Source of the DNA: Phycisphaera mikurensis NBRC 102666 | Lineage (GTDB): Bacteria; Planctomycetota; Phycisphaerae; Phycisphaerales; Phycisphaeraceae | Assembly: GCF_000284115.1 (NCBI RefSeq) | Contig: NC_017080.1 | Location: 3,690,001-3,722,000, forward strand | Direction: 5' to 3' | Length of the DNA: 32,000 nt | Shown here: positions 17,299-24,875 of the stretch, piece by piece | Position numbering within the stretch: position 1 is the stretch's first letter | Layout: every line of letters starts with the position of its first letter | Made by a program: the position numbers and the translations under genes | Notes under the pieces: generated by a model | Told to the model about the DNA's origin: nothing | The model's input: the letters and a program-made list of their open reading frames with translations, nothing else | Database searches by the model: none

Positions 17299-17335
17299 GA
17301 CGATCCGGGGCCGACCCGGCGACACGGAGACACCG

Positions 17336-18385
17336 ATGAGTTACTACGGGTACCAGCACTTCGCCCCCGCCCCCACCGTGGCCCAGCTGCGGGCCAAGGG
17401 CGAGAGAGCCTGCGCCAAGCTGCGCAAGACGAACCCGGGCATCGAGCCGGTCCACATCGAGGGCCGCACGATCGCGCGGACCTTCTGGGGCCGAGCCTGG
17501 TGCGACAACCTGGAGGCCTACCGCGACTTCGCCTACCGGCTGGAGCGCGGCCGCAAGTACGTGCGGCATCGCTGCGTCGTCGACCTGTCGATCCGCGGCG
17601 GCCGGGTGGGCGCGGTGGTGCAGGGCAGCTCGCTCTACGACGTCCGCGTGGAGGTCGAGCCGCTGCCCGAGGCCCGCTGGACCCAGCTCAAGGGCGCCAC
17701 GGTCGGGCAGATTGGCTCCGCGATCGACCTGTTGAAGGGCGAGCTCTCCGACGCGGTGATCCAGCGGCTGATCGACCTGGACACCGGCCTGTTCCCCGCC
17801 CCCGCGGAGATCCGCATGTCCTGCAGCTGCCCCGACGGCGCCGGCTGCTGCAAGCACGTCGCCGCCGCGCTGTACGGCGTCGGCCACCGCCTGGACACCA
17901 AGCCCGACCTGCTGTTCGTGCTGCGCAACCTCGACCCCGCCGAGCTCATCGCCCACGCCGCCTCCGCCGACGCCCTCACCGGCGGCAGCGGCCCGGGCTC
18001 CGCCGCCGAGCTCGCCGGCGAAGACCTCGACGACATCTTCGGCCTCTCCCTCGGCCAGGAGGAAAAGGACTCGGCTCCGTCGGCAAAAAGAAAGCCCGCG
18101 ACCGAGGCTCCCGCGAAGAAGAAGACGAAGAAGAAGCCCGCCGCCATGAAGGCCGCCAGGAAGAAGCCGGCCGCCGCGGCGAAGGCCGCCAAAAAGAAGC
18201 CATCCCCGAAGAAGAAGCCCTTGGCGAAGAAGTATCCCGGGAAGAGTTCCGAGCCCGCACCGCCCGTTCGCAAGAAGGCAACGAAGAAAGCGGCGGCGAC
18301 TAAATCCACCGCGAAGAAACCGACTACGAAGAAGAAAGCCGCTCCGAAGAAGGCCGTCAAGAGGTCCAGCACGCCGAGATGCTGA
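17336..18385 (+). CDS. SWIM zinc-finger protein (YwqB-like SNF2 partner) with a C-terminal Lys/Ala/Pro-rich histone-H1-like tail
   Basis: Track ORF, 349 aa, with SD-like ggaga 6 nt upstream. The SWIM CxCxnCxH motif is MSCSCPDGAGCCKHVAAALYGVGHRL. The last ~100 aa read KRKPATEAPAKKKTKKKPAAMKAARKKPAAAAKAAKKKPSPKKKPLAKK...KKATKKAAATKSTAKKPTTKKKAAPKKAVKR. Confidence 0.9.
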   Translation: MSYYGYQHFAPAPTVAQLRAKGERACAKLRKTNPGIEPVHIEGRTIARTFWGRAWCDNLEAYRDFAYRLERGRKYVRHRCVVDLSIRGGRVGAVVQGSSLYDVRVEVEPLPEARWTQLKGATVGQIGSAIDLLKGELSDAVIQRLIDLDTGLFPAPAEIRMSCSCPDGAGCCKHVAAALYGVGHRLDTKPDLLFVLRNLDPAELIAHAASADALTGGSGPGSAAELAGEDLDDIFGLSLGQEEKDSAPSAKRKPATEAPAKKKTKKKPAAMKAARKKPAAAAKAAKKKPSPKKKPLAKKYPGKSSEPAPPVRKKATKKAAATKSTAKKPTTKKKAAPKKAVKRSSTPRC

Positions 18386-18400
18386 CCTCCCACCGGGCCC

Positions 18401-18446
18401 CCGCGGACCGTCGGCCTCCAGGCCACCCAATCGTTCCGGTCCGCGA
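18401..18446. repeat. Palindromic element: (C)CGCGGACCG - 26 nt - CGGTCCGCG
   Basis: Arms at 18402..18410 and 18437..18445 with a 26-nt loop. It starts 16 nt after the SWIM gene stop. It shares a 20-nt identical stretch (ggcccccgcggaccgtcggc) with the copy at 13168..13187. Confidence 0.65.
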
Positions 18447-18516
18447 CTTCCCCCGGCGTAGGCGAGCGCCTGCTTGAGGCCAGTGTCGAAGGCCGTGATT
18501 CTGGCAGACTCCGCAC

Positions 18517-20217
18517 ATGCAACAACCGGAGCCGCAAAGCCGCAACCTCGACAGCTTCCTGCACGAGATCGACAAGGGCGCGATCAAGATCCCGCTCTTC
18601 CAGCGCGACTTCGTGTGGGAGCGAGCGAAGTCGGCGGCGTTGCTCGACAGCGTCCTGAAGGGGTACCCGGTGGGTACGTTCATCCTCTGGAAGACGAAGG
18701 AGCGGATGCGGAGCGTCCGGGACATCGGCGGGGTGCCGCTCCCCGAGCTCCCCGAGGGGGAAACTGTTGAGCAGGTGCTCGACGGGCAGCAGCGGCTGAC
18801 GAGCCTGTACGCCGCCGTCAAGGGGCTCAGCATCCAGCGGGGGAAGCGGGTCGACGACTTCGGTGAGATCGTTCTTGACCTCGATGCAGATCCCGATGGC
18901 ATCCAACCGCTGGTCCTCCCAAGGGTCCCGGCGAGCGATGAGCAAGATGAGACGCCCGACGCCGACCGGTACGCTCCCGTCGCCTCGCTGCAAGACAAGA
19001 AGCTGTTTGCCTTGCTCGGCAGCCTCGACCCCGCCCGGAGCGAACGCTTGCTGATGCTCCGGGACCGCCTGAGCAAGTATCGCTTTTCGATGATCATCGT
19101 CGGCGAGGCGCCGCTTTCCACGGCCACCGAGATCTTCACGCGGATCAACGTGACCGGCAAAGCATTGACCGTCTTCGAGATCATGGCGGCGAAGACGTAC
19201 AACGAGAAGACCGGGTTCGATCTTGCCGAGCGGTTCGACAGGTTCCGCGAAGACCTCGATGGTGTCGGCTACGGATTGATCTCGGGCGTGTCGATGCTGC
19301 AACTGACCTCGTTGCTGCTCACTGAGCATGGATCGGCGACGCGAGAGGACATCCTCAACCTCCCGCCGGCTGGGTTCCCCGCGGCGTGGGAGCGAGCGGT
19401 GTCGGCGGCGGAGGCGGCGGTCGATCACTTCCGACAGGTGATGCGGGTTCCCGTTTCTCGTCTACTGCCCTACGGATCGCTGATCGTCCCCTTTGGATTC
19501 TTCTTCGCACACCACCCCGCCAACGCCAACGGCCACGAACGCAAGGCGCTCGAAGAGTTCTTTTTCCGCGTAGCCCTCACCGGCCGCTACACCTCCGCGG
19601 TCGAGACGAAGCTGGCCTCTGATGCGCGGATCATCGCGATGATTGCCCGCGGCGAAGAGCCTGCCTTCGACAGGACCTTCGCCGCGGAAACCTCTGCGGC
19701 CTCGATCGAGCGTCGCGGTACCTTCCGCACCAGCGGCAGCTACGTCAAGGCGTTGCTCGCCGTGCTGGCGGCTCAAGGCCCCCGCTCCTTCTCGAACGAC
19801 GCGGCAGTCACGCTCGGCAACGACTGGTTGAAGCAGGCGAACAGCCGCAACTACCACCACTTCTTTCCAAAGGCTTTCCTGACAAAGCAGGGTGTCGCAA
19901 GAGAGCGAGCAAACCACACGGCGAACATCACACTCGTCGATGACTTTCTTAACAAGCGGGTCATCCGCGCCCAGCCTCCGTCGGAATATCTCCCCCGATT
20001 CCGGGAGGAGAACCCAGACCTCGACGCCACGTTGCGTTCTCACCTGATTGAGCCAGGGCCAGAATTGTCGACCGACGATTATGGAAGATTCTTCCGACGC
20101 CGCTGCGAGCGGCTGTCAAAAGAGCTGGCCATGAGGGTGCCAAGGCGGTCCATCGACGACGGCTTGAGCGGGCCGCGAGACGCGGACGATGTCGATCCGG
20201 AAGATGCGGACGCGTGA
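18517..20217 (+). CDS. DUF262 (ParB-like nuclease superfamily, GmrSD N-terminal type) protein with a His-rich C-terminal putative nuclease region
   Basis: Track ORF, 566 aa. The N-terminus is FLHEIDKGAIKIPLFQRDFVWERAKSAALLDSVLKGYPVGTFILW...LDGQQRLTSLY, carrying the DUF262 hallmark DGQQR. The C-terminus has NYHHFFPKAFL...NHTANITLVDDFLNKR, which is reminiscent of DUF1524/His-Me finger (inference). Codons end in A/T visibly more often than in neighbouring genes. Confidence 0.85.
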   Translation: MQQPEPQSRNLDSFLHEIDKGAIKIPLFQRDFVWERAKSAALLDSVLKGYPVGTFILWKTKERMRSVRDIGGVPLPELPEGETVEQVLDGQQRLTSLYAAVKGLSIQRGKRVDDFGEIVLDLDADPDGIQPLVLPRVPASDEQDETPDADRYAPVASLQDKKLFALLGSLDPARSERLLMLRDRLSKYRFSMIIVGEAPLSTATEIFTRINVTGKALTVFEIMAAKTYNEKTGFDLAERFDRFREDLDGVGYGLISGVSMLQLTSLLLTEHGSATREDILNLPPAGFPAAWERAVSAAEAAVDHFRQVMRVPVSRLLPYGSLIVPFGFFFAHHPANANGHERKALEEFFFRVALTGRYTSAVETKLASDARIIAMIARGEEPAFDRTFAAETSAASIERRGTFRTSGSYVKALLAVLAAQGPRSFSNDAAVTLGNDWLKQANSRNYHHFFPKAFLTKQGVARERANHTANITLVDDFLNKRVIRAQPPSEYLPRFREENPDLDATLRSHLIEPGPELSTDDYGRFFRRRCERLSKELAMRVPRRSIDDGLSGPRDADDVDPEDADA

Positions 20218-21298
20218 GCCTGCGCTCGCTCGTCGCCTGCTCCGCTTCATCGGCAGAGTAGAGCGGCGGGACCATGTCCCGCCAATTGCCTCGACTTCGG
20301 GGCAGGTTCGGAAGAGGCAGCGGAGCGGGACGCCCCCGGTGCCCAGGATGCGGCGGGGCCACGTCGCACAAATCCCACTGCTCCTCCGTGAGGCCGGTCA
20401 GGTCGCCGAGCTCTGTCCAGCCCATCGATGCGAACCCTCCCGCCTTCCACTGCGGCCAGACGCGGGCGCCCTCACCGGGCGCGATCTTCCAGATCCGAGC
20501 CGACTCCAGGCCCGTCGCCTCCTTCTGCCAGAGCGGCGCGATCTGCGGGTCGCAAAACTCAAAACCTCGCCCGTGCTCATGCTCCAGCCTCGCCCGGATC
20601 TTGCGCAGCGTCGCGTCAACGTTTCCGGGCACCCGCTCTTCCGGCTCCGCAAGTGCCGCTTCGATGGCTTGCTTGTGACCATCGGATGCGATCAACTCAA
20701 ACGCCCCCGGGAACATCAAATGCAGCAGGTGATTCCGCATCGACTGCGCCGCCTGCACGTCGATGGCGTCGAGGAAGGTCCGCCAGGCGTCCGGACCCCC
20801 GAGCAGCTCGGCCCGTCGCTCGGAGTCGAGTTGCTTGAAGGCGATCGCCGCCTCCAGGAGAAAGCGCAGCTGCCAGTAGCGGTGCTGGTGCAGCGACTGC
20901 CCGGGGTTGCGGCACGCGATCGTGACCGACGCCGCAATCTCCTGCGGCACCTCCACCGCCGGACGCCGCGCCGCAAGGATCCTTTCCACCTGCTCCAGAA
21001 TGGTCTCAGGCTTGATGACCTTCTCGTTCGCACCCAGCGTCTGCACGAACTGCATCTCCGCCATCAGGTCGACCACGCCCGCCGGCTCGCCCTCCAGCTG
21101 GTTCGCCAGCTTCGTCCAGCAGTCGTCCTCCCCCTCGTCCGCTCCGCCCACGTACGCCGCGTGCAGCCGCTGGAGGTTCTCCAGCGTCCACACCGCCTCA
21201 CCCGGGTGGAACAGGCTCCCGTCCCCCGCGAAGCAGTCCTCGCGGAGCCGCTCGGCGAATTGGTAGAACCGCCCATCGACTCGCTCGTGGATCGCCAT
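19961..21298 (-). CDS. Hypothetical protein resembling N-terminal modules of McrB/COG1401-type restriction ATPases; probably truncated or decayed (no AAA+ domain, and its 3' tail overlaps the DUF262 gene)
   Basis: Internal ATG at 21298 of track ORF 19961..21373 (MAIHERVDGRFYQFAERL...). The motifs NHLLHLMFPGAFELIASDGHKQAI and ARIWKIAPGEGARVWPQWKAGGFASMGWTELGDLTGL recall N-terminal regions of McrB-like proteins; this is from memory, not a search. After about nt 20360 the translation becomes low-complexity (PPHPGHRGRPAPLPLP...). It then runs 257 nt into the convergent gene. Confidence 0.45.
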   Translation of the reverse strand: MAIHERVDGRFYQFAERLREDCFAGDGSLFHPGEAVWTLENLQRLHAAYVGGADEGEDDCWTKLANQLEGEPAGVVDLMAEMQFVQTLGANEKVIKPETILEQVERILAARRPAVEVPQEIAASVTIACRNPGQSLHQHRYWQLRFLLEAAIAFKQLDSERRAELLGGPDAWRTFLDAIDVQAAQSMRNHLLHLMFPGAFELIASDGHKQAIEAALAEPEERVPGNVDATLRKIRARLEHEHGRGFEFCDPQIAPLWQKEATGLESARIWKIAPGEGARVWPQWKAGGFASMGWTELGDLTGLTEEQWDLCDVAPPHPGHRGRPAPLPLPNLPRSRGNWRDMVPPLYSADEAEQATSERRLTRPHLPDRHRPRLAARSSRRRWTALAPSWPALLTAARSGVGRIFHNRRSTILALAQSGENATWRRGLGSPPGIGGDIPTEAGRG

Positions 21299-21879
21299 CC
21301 GCGGATTGTTGCAGAAACAGGAGCACCCAATCGCAACCTTGGCGCGGCCGCGGGCAGCCTCCCGCCGACGCACCGCCAGCCTTGCGGGATCGCCAACCCA
21401 GGGCCGGCGGTCATCCCCGCAACTTCAGCCTCGCTTCCGCCAACGCCGCGGCACCAAGCGGCGTGCCCCACCCCGCTTCGCGACGCGGTCCGCTGGATCT
21501 GAGCACCGATGCACGCGGCTCATTGGCTCTGCCGCCGGCCGTGCACGAAGTGGGAAGGCTGCGAGGGCCAGTTCTCCACAGACTCCGGGATCGAGAGTAT
21601 CGCCCGCGGCGACCCCTTGTTCCTCAGGGTGCGCGGCGACGCGGCGATCGACCGCGAGGCGATCGCCGAGGCCGGGCAGCGTGCGCGTGGAGGAGCGGCC
21701 CGGCGTGAAGGCGCTCCGAGACCTGCCCGAGGGCCCGATGCTCGCCGGCCCGCCGCCGGCTACCTCCAAGATTAGATGGGCCTGGGCCTCGCCCGCTCCG
21801 CCCTGGACCGCCTCGACACCGATGGCTCCGCCACCCCGGCCGGGGCCTGAGCGGAGCCGCCGACCTCGACGCACCACGG

Positions 21880-22796
21880 AGGCTGGGCCCGCGCAGCGGA
21901 CGCGTCCGCATCTCCGAGAACCGCTCGGGCTCCGCCCGACCTACACCGCCGGTGGCGGTGGGCCACCTCGGCCTCCGGCCGGCAGACGGCGCGGGCCGCC
22001 AAGCCGCACGCTCAGCGCGAAGCCGCGGACCCTGGGAGCCCGGGCCCAGGCCCGCAGGTGGCTCACCGCCCCCGGCGGTGTAGAGCCCGCGCAGCCGACA
22101 CGCCCGCACCGCCAAGAACCGCTCGGGCTCCGCCCGACCTACACCGCCGGAGGCGGTGAGCCACCTCGGCCTCCGGCCGGCAGACGAAGCGGGCCGCCAA
22201 GCCGCACGCTCAGCGCGAAGCCGGGGACCGCGGGGGCCCAGGCCCGCAGGACCGCAGGTGGCTCACCGCCCCCGGCGGTGTGGGGTCCACGCAGCGGACG
22301 CGTCGGCATCTCCGAAAGACCGCTCGGGCTCCGCCCGACCTACACCGCCGGTGGCGGTGAGCCACCTCGGCCCCCGGCCGGCAGACGAAGCGGGCCGCCA
22401 AGCCGCGCGCTCAGCGAGAAGCCGGGGACCGACGAGGAAAAGGCCGCGGCCCGTAAGGACTCCAGGCCCGCAGGTGGCTCACCGCCCCCGGCGGTGTAGA
22501 GCCCGCGCAGCCGACACGCCCGCACCTCCAAGAACCGCTCGGGCTCCGCCCGACCTACACCGCCGGTGGCGGTGGGCCACCTCGGCCTCCGGCCGGCAGA
22601 CGGGGTGGGCCGCCAAGCCGCGTGCTCAGTGCGAAGCCGGAAACCGCGGGGGCCCGGGCCCGCAGGCCCGCAGGTGGCTCACCGCCTCCGGCGGTGTGGG
22701 GTCCACGCAGCGGACGCACCCGCACCGCCAAGAACCGCTCGGGCTCCGCCCGACCCACACCGCCGGAGGCGGTGAGCCACCTTGGCCTCCGGCCGG
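21880..22796. repeat. Tandem array of ~200-bp units (4 complete plus 1 partial), each carrying a 27-nt inverted repeat that can form a long hairpin
   Basis: The left arm ggtggctcaccgcc(c/t)ccggcggtgt(a/g)g occurs at 22057, 22257, 22473 and 22673, giving periods of 200, 216 and 200. The right arm ctacaccgccgg(t/a)ggcggtg(g/a)gccacc occurs at 21941, 22139, 22340 and about 22556 and 22755. Loops are ~55 nt and come in two alternating variants. The periods are not multiples of 3. Confidence 0.85.
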
Positions 22797-22982
22797 CGCG
22801 TGGGGACCTCTCCGGGGGGGCGGGAGGTTCCGTCGGGGTTCGCCTGAAAATCTGGAATCTCGCCCGAAAGGCGGCTTCGCCCGGTCGGAGCGGGCCGCAC
22901 CTCCTTAGGTTCTTCGCTCCGGGGTTGGAACCGAGGAGGGGTCTCTTCCTGGTCGCGGCCCGCACTCCCAAGGAGGTTCCGG

Positions 22983-23885
22983 ATGAGACGCAGGCACACG
23001 TTCGCGGGCTCGGCGTCGGCGGCGCTGCTGGCGGTGGCGGCGGGCGGGGCGGCCTCCGCGGCGGTCGTTCCCGCGTTCGATCTCGTCGACGACTTCCTCA
23101 AGGTCGGCGGCAACTACAACGGGCCGGGCCTCTACGACGTCTTCGACGCGGCGACCGGCTTGGCCGTCGCGGACGGCGTGGCGGACATCGCGGTGTCGGT
23201 CACCGCCACCGGGCTCACCGCCGACGACGGCAACAACGTGTCCTGGGTCGCGACGACGGGGACCAGCGGGACCGGGCTGGTCTCGACGATCGATCCGAGC
23301 TTCGTCTCCGGCGGCGGGGTCCTCGCCAACAACGGCGGGCACCGCGTGACGCAGACGATCCAGATCGACTTCCTCACGCTTCTCGTGGAGGCGAGCGACG
23401 TCACCGACCTCAGCTGGTCCAGCGGCAACAGCGCGGGCGTGGTGTGGGAGCACTCCGTGATGGAGTTCCTCGACGCCGGCGGGAACCCCTTCAGCCCGAC
23501 GCCCGCGATCGGGTCCTACGCGACGCACACGCCGGTCGAAGGCTCGGCGTCCGCCGGCAACTACGTCGCCGACGGCCTCGGCAGCGTCACGGCGGTGGGG
23601 ACCGACCTCACGGTGCCGGGCTCCAACGGGAGCATGGACGCGATCACCGGGTCCGAGCCCGACACCCCGGCCGCGACCGGCGTCGCGCCGGCGACGACGC
23701 TCATCGGCGGGATCCGCTTCACCCACGGCGTCGAAGACGTGCGCGGCGTGGACAACGGGGACACCGTCTTCACGAACACGATCAACGACCTCGACCTCGT
23801 GGACTTCGAGGTGGTCCCCGAGCCCGCCTCGGCCCTGCTGCTCGCCACCGGAGCCCTGCTGATTCTCACCGGCCGCCGGAACTGA
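22983..23885 (+). CDS. PEP-CTERM-anchored secreted protein
   Basis: Track ORF, 300 aa, with a strong SD (aaggagg) 7 nt upstream. The signal peptide is MRRRHTFAGSASAALLAVAAGGAASAA. The C-terminal VVPEPASALLLATGALLILTGRRN is a PEP-CTERM signal. Confidence 0.9.
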   Translation: MRRRHTFAGSASAALLAVAAGGAASAAVVPAFDLVDDFLKVGGNYNGPGLYDVFDAATGLAVADGVADIAVSVTATGLTADDGNNVSWVATTGTSGTGLVSTIDPSFVSGGGVLANNGGHRVTQTIQIDFLTLLVEASDVTDLSWSSGNSAGVVWEHSVMEFLDAGGNPFSPTPAIGSYATHTPVEGSASAGNYVADGLGSVTAVGTDLTVPGSNGSMDAITGSEPDTPAATGVAPATTLIGGIRFTHGVEDVRGVDNGDTVFTNTINDLDLVDFEVVPEPASALLLATGALLILTGRRN

Positions 23886-23947
23886 TCGCGGCGGCGGGGC
23901 CGCGGATCGGCGGGCGGCGGCATCAGCGGCCCGCGGGAGAGGCGAGA

Positions 23948-24757
23948 TCAGTTGCTCGCCTGCGCAGCGGCGTTCAGCGCGGTGTCCAGCGCGTCGAGCA
24001 CCTCCGCCGCGATGCTCGGGATCTTCTCCGCCATCGAGCGGTCCTCGCCGCCGCCGTCGCCGCCGCCCGCGTCCTCCAGCAGGCCGATGTCCTCGGTGTC
24101 GGTGTCCTCCTCGGGCACGCTCACGGCGAAGACGCCGCCCTGCTGCGTGGTCGGGTGGATCAGCGCCTCCACCTGCTCCGCGAGGCGGTCGGCGTTGAAG
24201 ATCGCCCGGGCCGCGTCCTCGCCGGGGGCCTGCTTCCGATAGACGTGCGCCTGCAGGAGGTTCGCCGCCGCCGAGTCGAGGCTGTACGCGAACATCGACT
24301 CGTCGCCGCGCTCCAGCCCGGCACGGGCCTCGGCAAGCTGCACGCGGGCGATGCCCAAGGTCACCGCAGCCCCGGGGCCGGAGAGATCGTCGGGGTTCAC
24401 GCGGGTGCGGTTCTGCACCTCCTGCGTGAAGCGGCTGAGCTCCGCCGCCGCCGCCCGCAACTCCTCGCCCCCGCCCGAGGACGCGGCCGCACCGAGGATC
24501 TCCGCCAGGCTCACCGCCAGCCGCAACTCCTTCACGGCCTCCTCCGGGTCCCGGTACAGCGCGTCGTACGCCGCTGACAGCTTCACCCGCACCTCGTTGC
24601 TGAACCCCCACGTGCTGGCCCGCTTGATCTCGACCCGCTCCGTGTCCCGCTGCGGCTCGGAGCCCCCGGACCGGTCCTGCGACAAAGCGGTTGGAGCCGC
24701 GAGCGAGAGAGCGGCGGCGAGGGAGGCGAGCGAGGCGCGAGGGGCGAGGCGGTGCAT
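23948..24757 (-). CDS. Secreted Ala/Glu-rich helical protein of unknown function with an acidic C-terminal stretch
   Basis: Internal ATG at 24757 of track ORF 23948..24991, with ggaga upstream. The signal peptide is MHRLAPRASLASLAAALSLAAPTALSQD. The acidic region is EEDTDTEDIGLLEDAGGGDGGGED. Confidence 0.7.
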   Translation of the reverse strand: MHRLAPRASLASLAAALSLAAPTALSQDRSGGSEPQRDTERVEIKRASTWGFSNEVRVKLSAAYDALYRDPEEAVKELRLAVSLAEILGAAASSGGGEELRAAAAELSRFTQEVQNRTRVNPDDLSGPGAAVTLGIARVQLAEARAGLERGDESMFAYSLDSAAANLLQAHVYRKQAPGEDAARAIFNADRLAEQVEALIHPTTQQGGVFAVSVPEEDTDTEDIGLLEDAGGGDGGGEDRSMAEKIPSIAAEVLDALDTALNAAAQASN

Positions 24758-24827
24758 GGGAGTCTCCGGGTGGGTGGTTCCGTGCTTGTCCTCGAGGTGT
24801 AGGCCGCAGCCAGGACCCAAACCAGAA

Positions 24828-24875
24828 CCCGCGGACCGAGACCGATTCCCACCCGAGAGCGTCACGGTCCGCGGG
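24828..24875. repeat. Palindromic element: CCCGCGGACCG - 26 nt - CGGTCCGCGGG
   Basis: Arms at 24828..24838 and 24865..24875 (11 bp) with a 26-nt loop. It lies about 70 nt upstream of the start of the minus-strand secreted-protein gene. Confidence 0.65.

Noticed and set aside
15136-17325. 729-aa minus-strand ORF antisense to the SNF2 helicase
   Set aside because: The plus-strand frame carries the complete helicase motifs I-VI. The antisense translation has no recognisable motifs.
21306-22499. 397-aa plus-strand ORF running through the hairpin-repeat array (repeating ...LGLRPTYTAGGGEPPRPPAGRR...)
   Set aside because: Unit lengths of 200 nt shift the frame from copy to copy, so the same DNA is read in different frames. 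There is no start context. The openness is explained by GC richness.
21880-22796. CRISPR array or integron cassette array as an explanation for the tandem repeats
   Set aside because: The repeats recur every ~200 bp, not ~60-75 bp. The sequences between them are themselves conserved rather than unique spacers. Alternate copies are inverted and form hairpins. There are no cas genes, integrase or cassette ORFs in the window.
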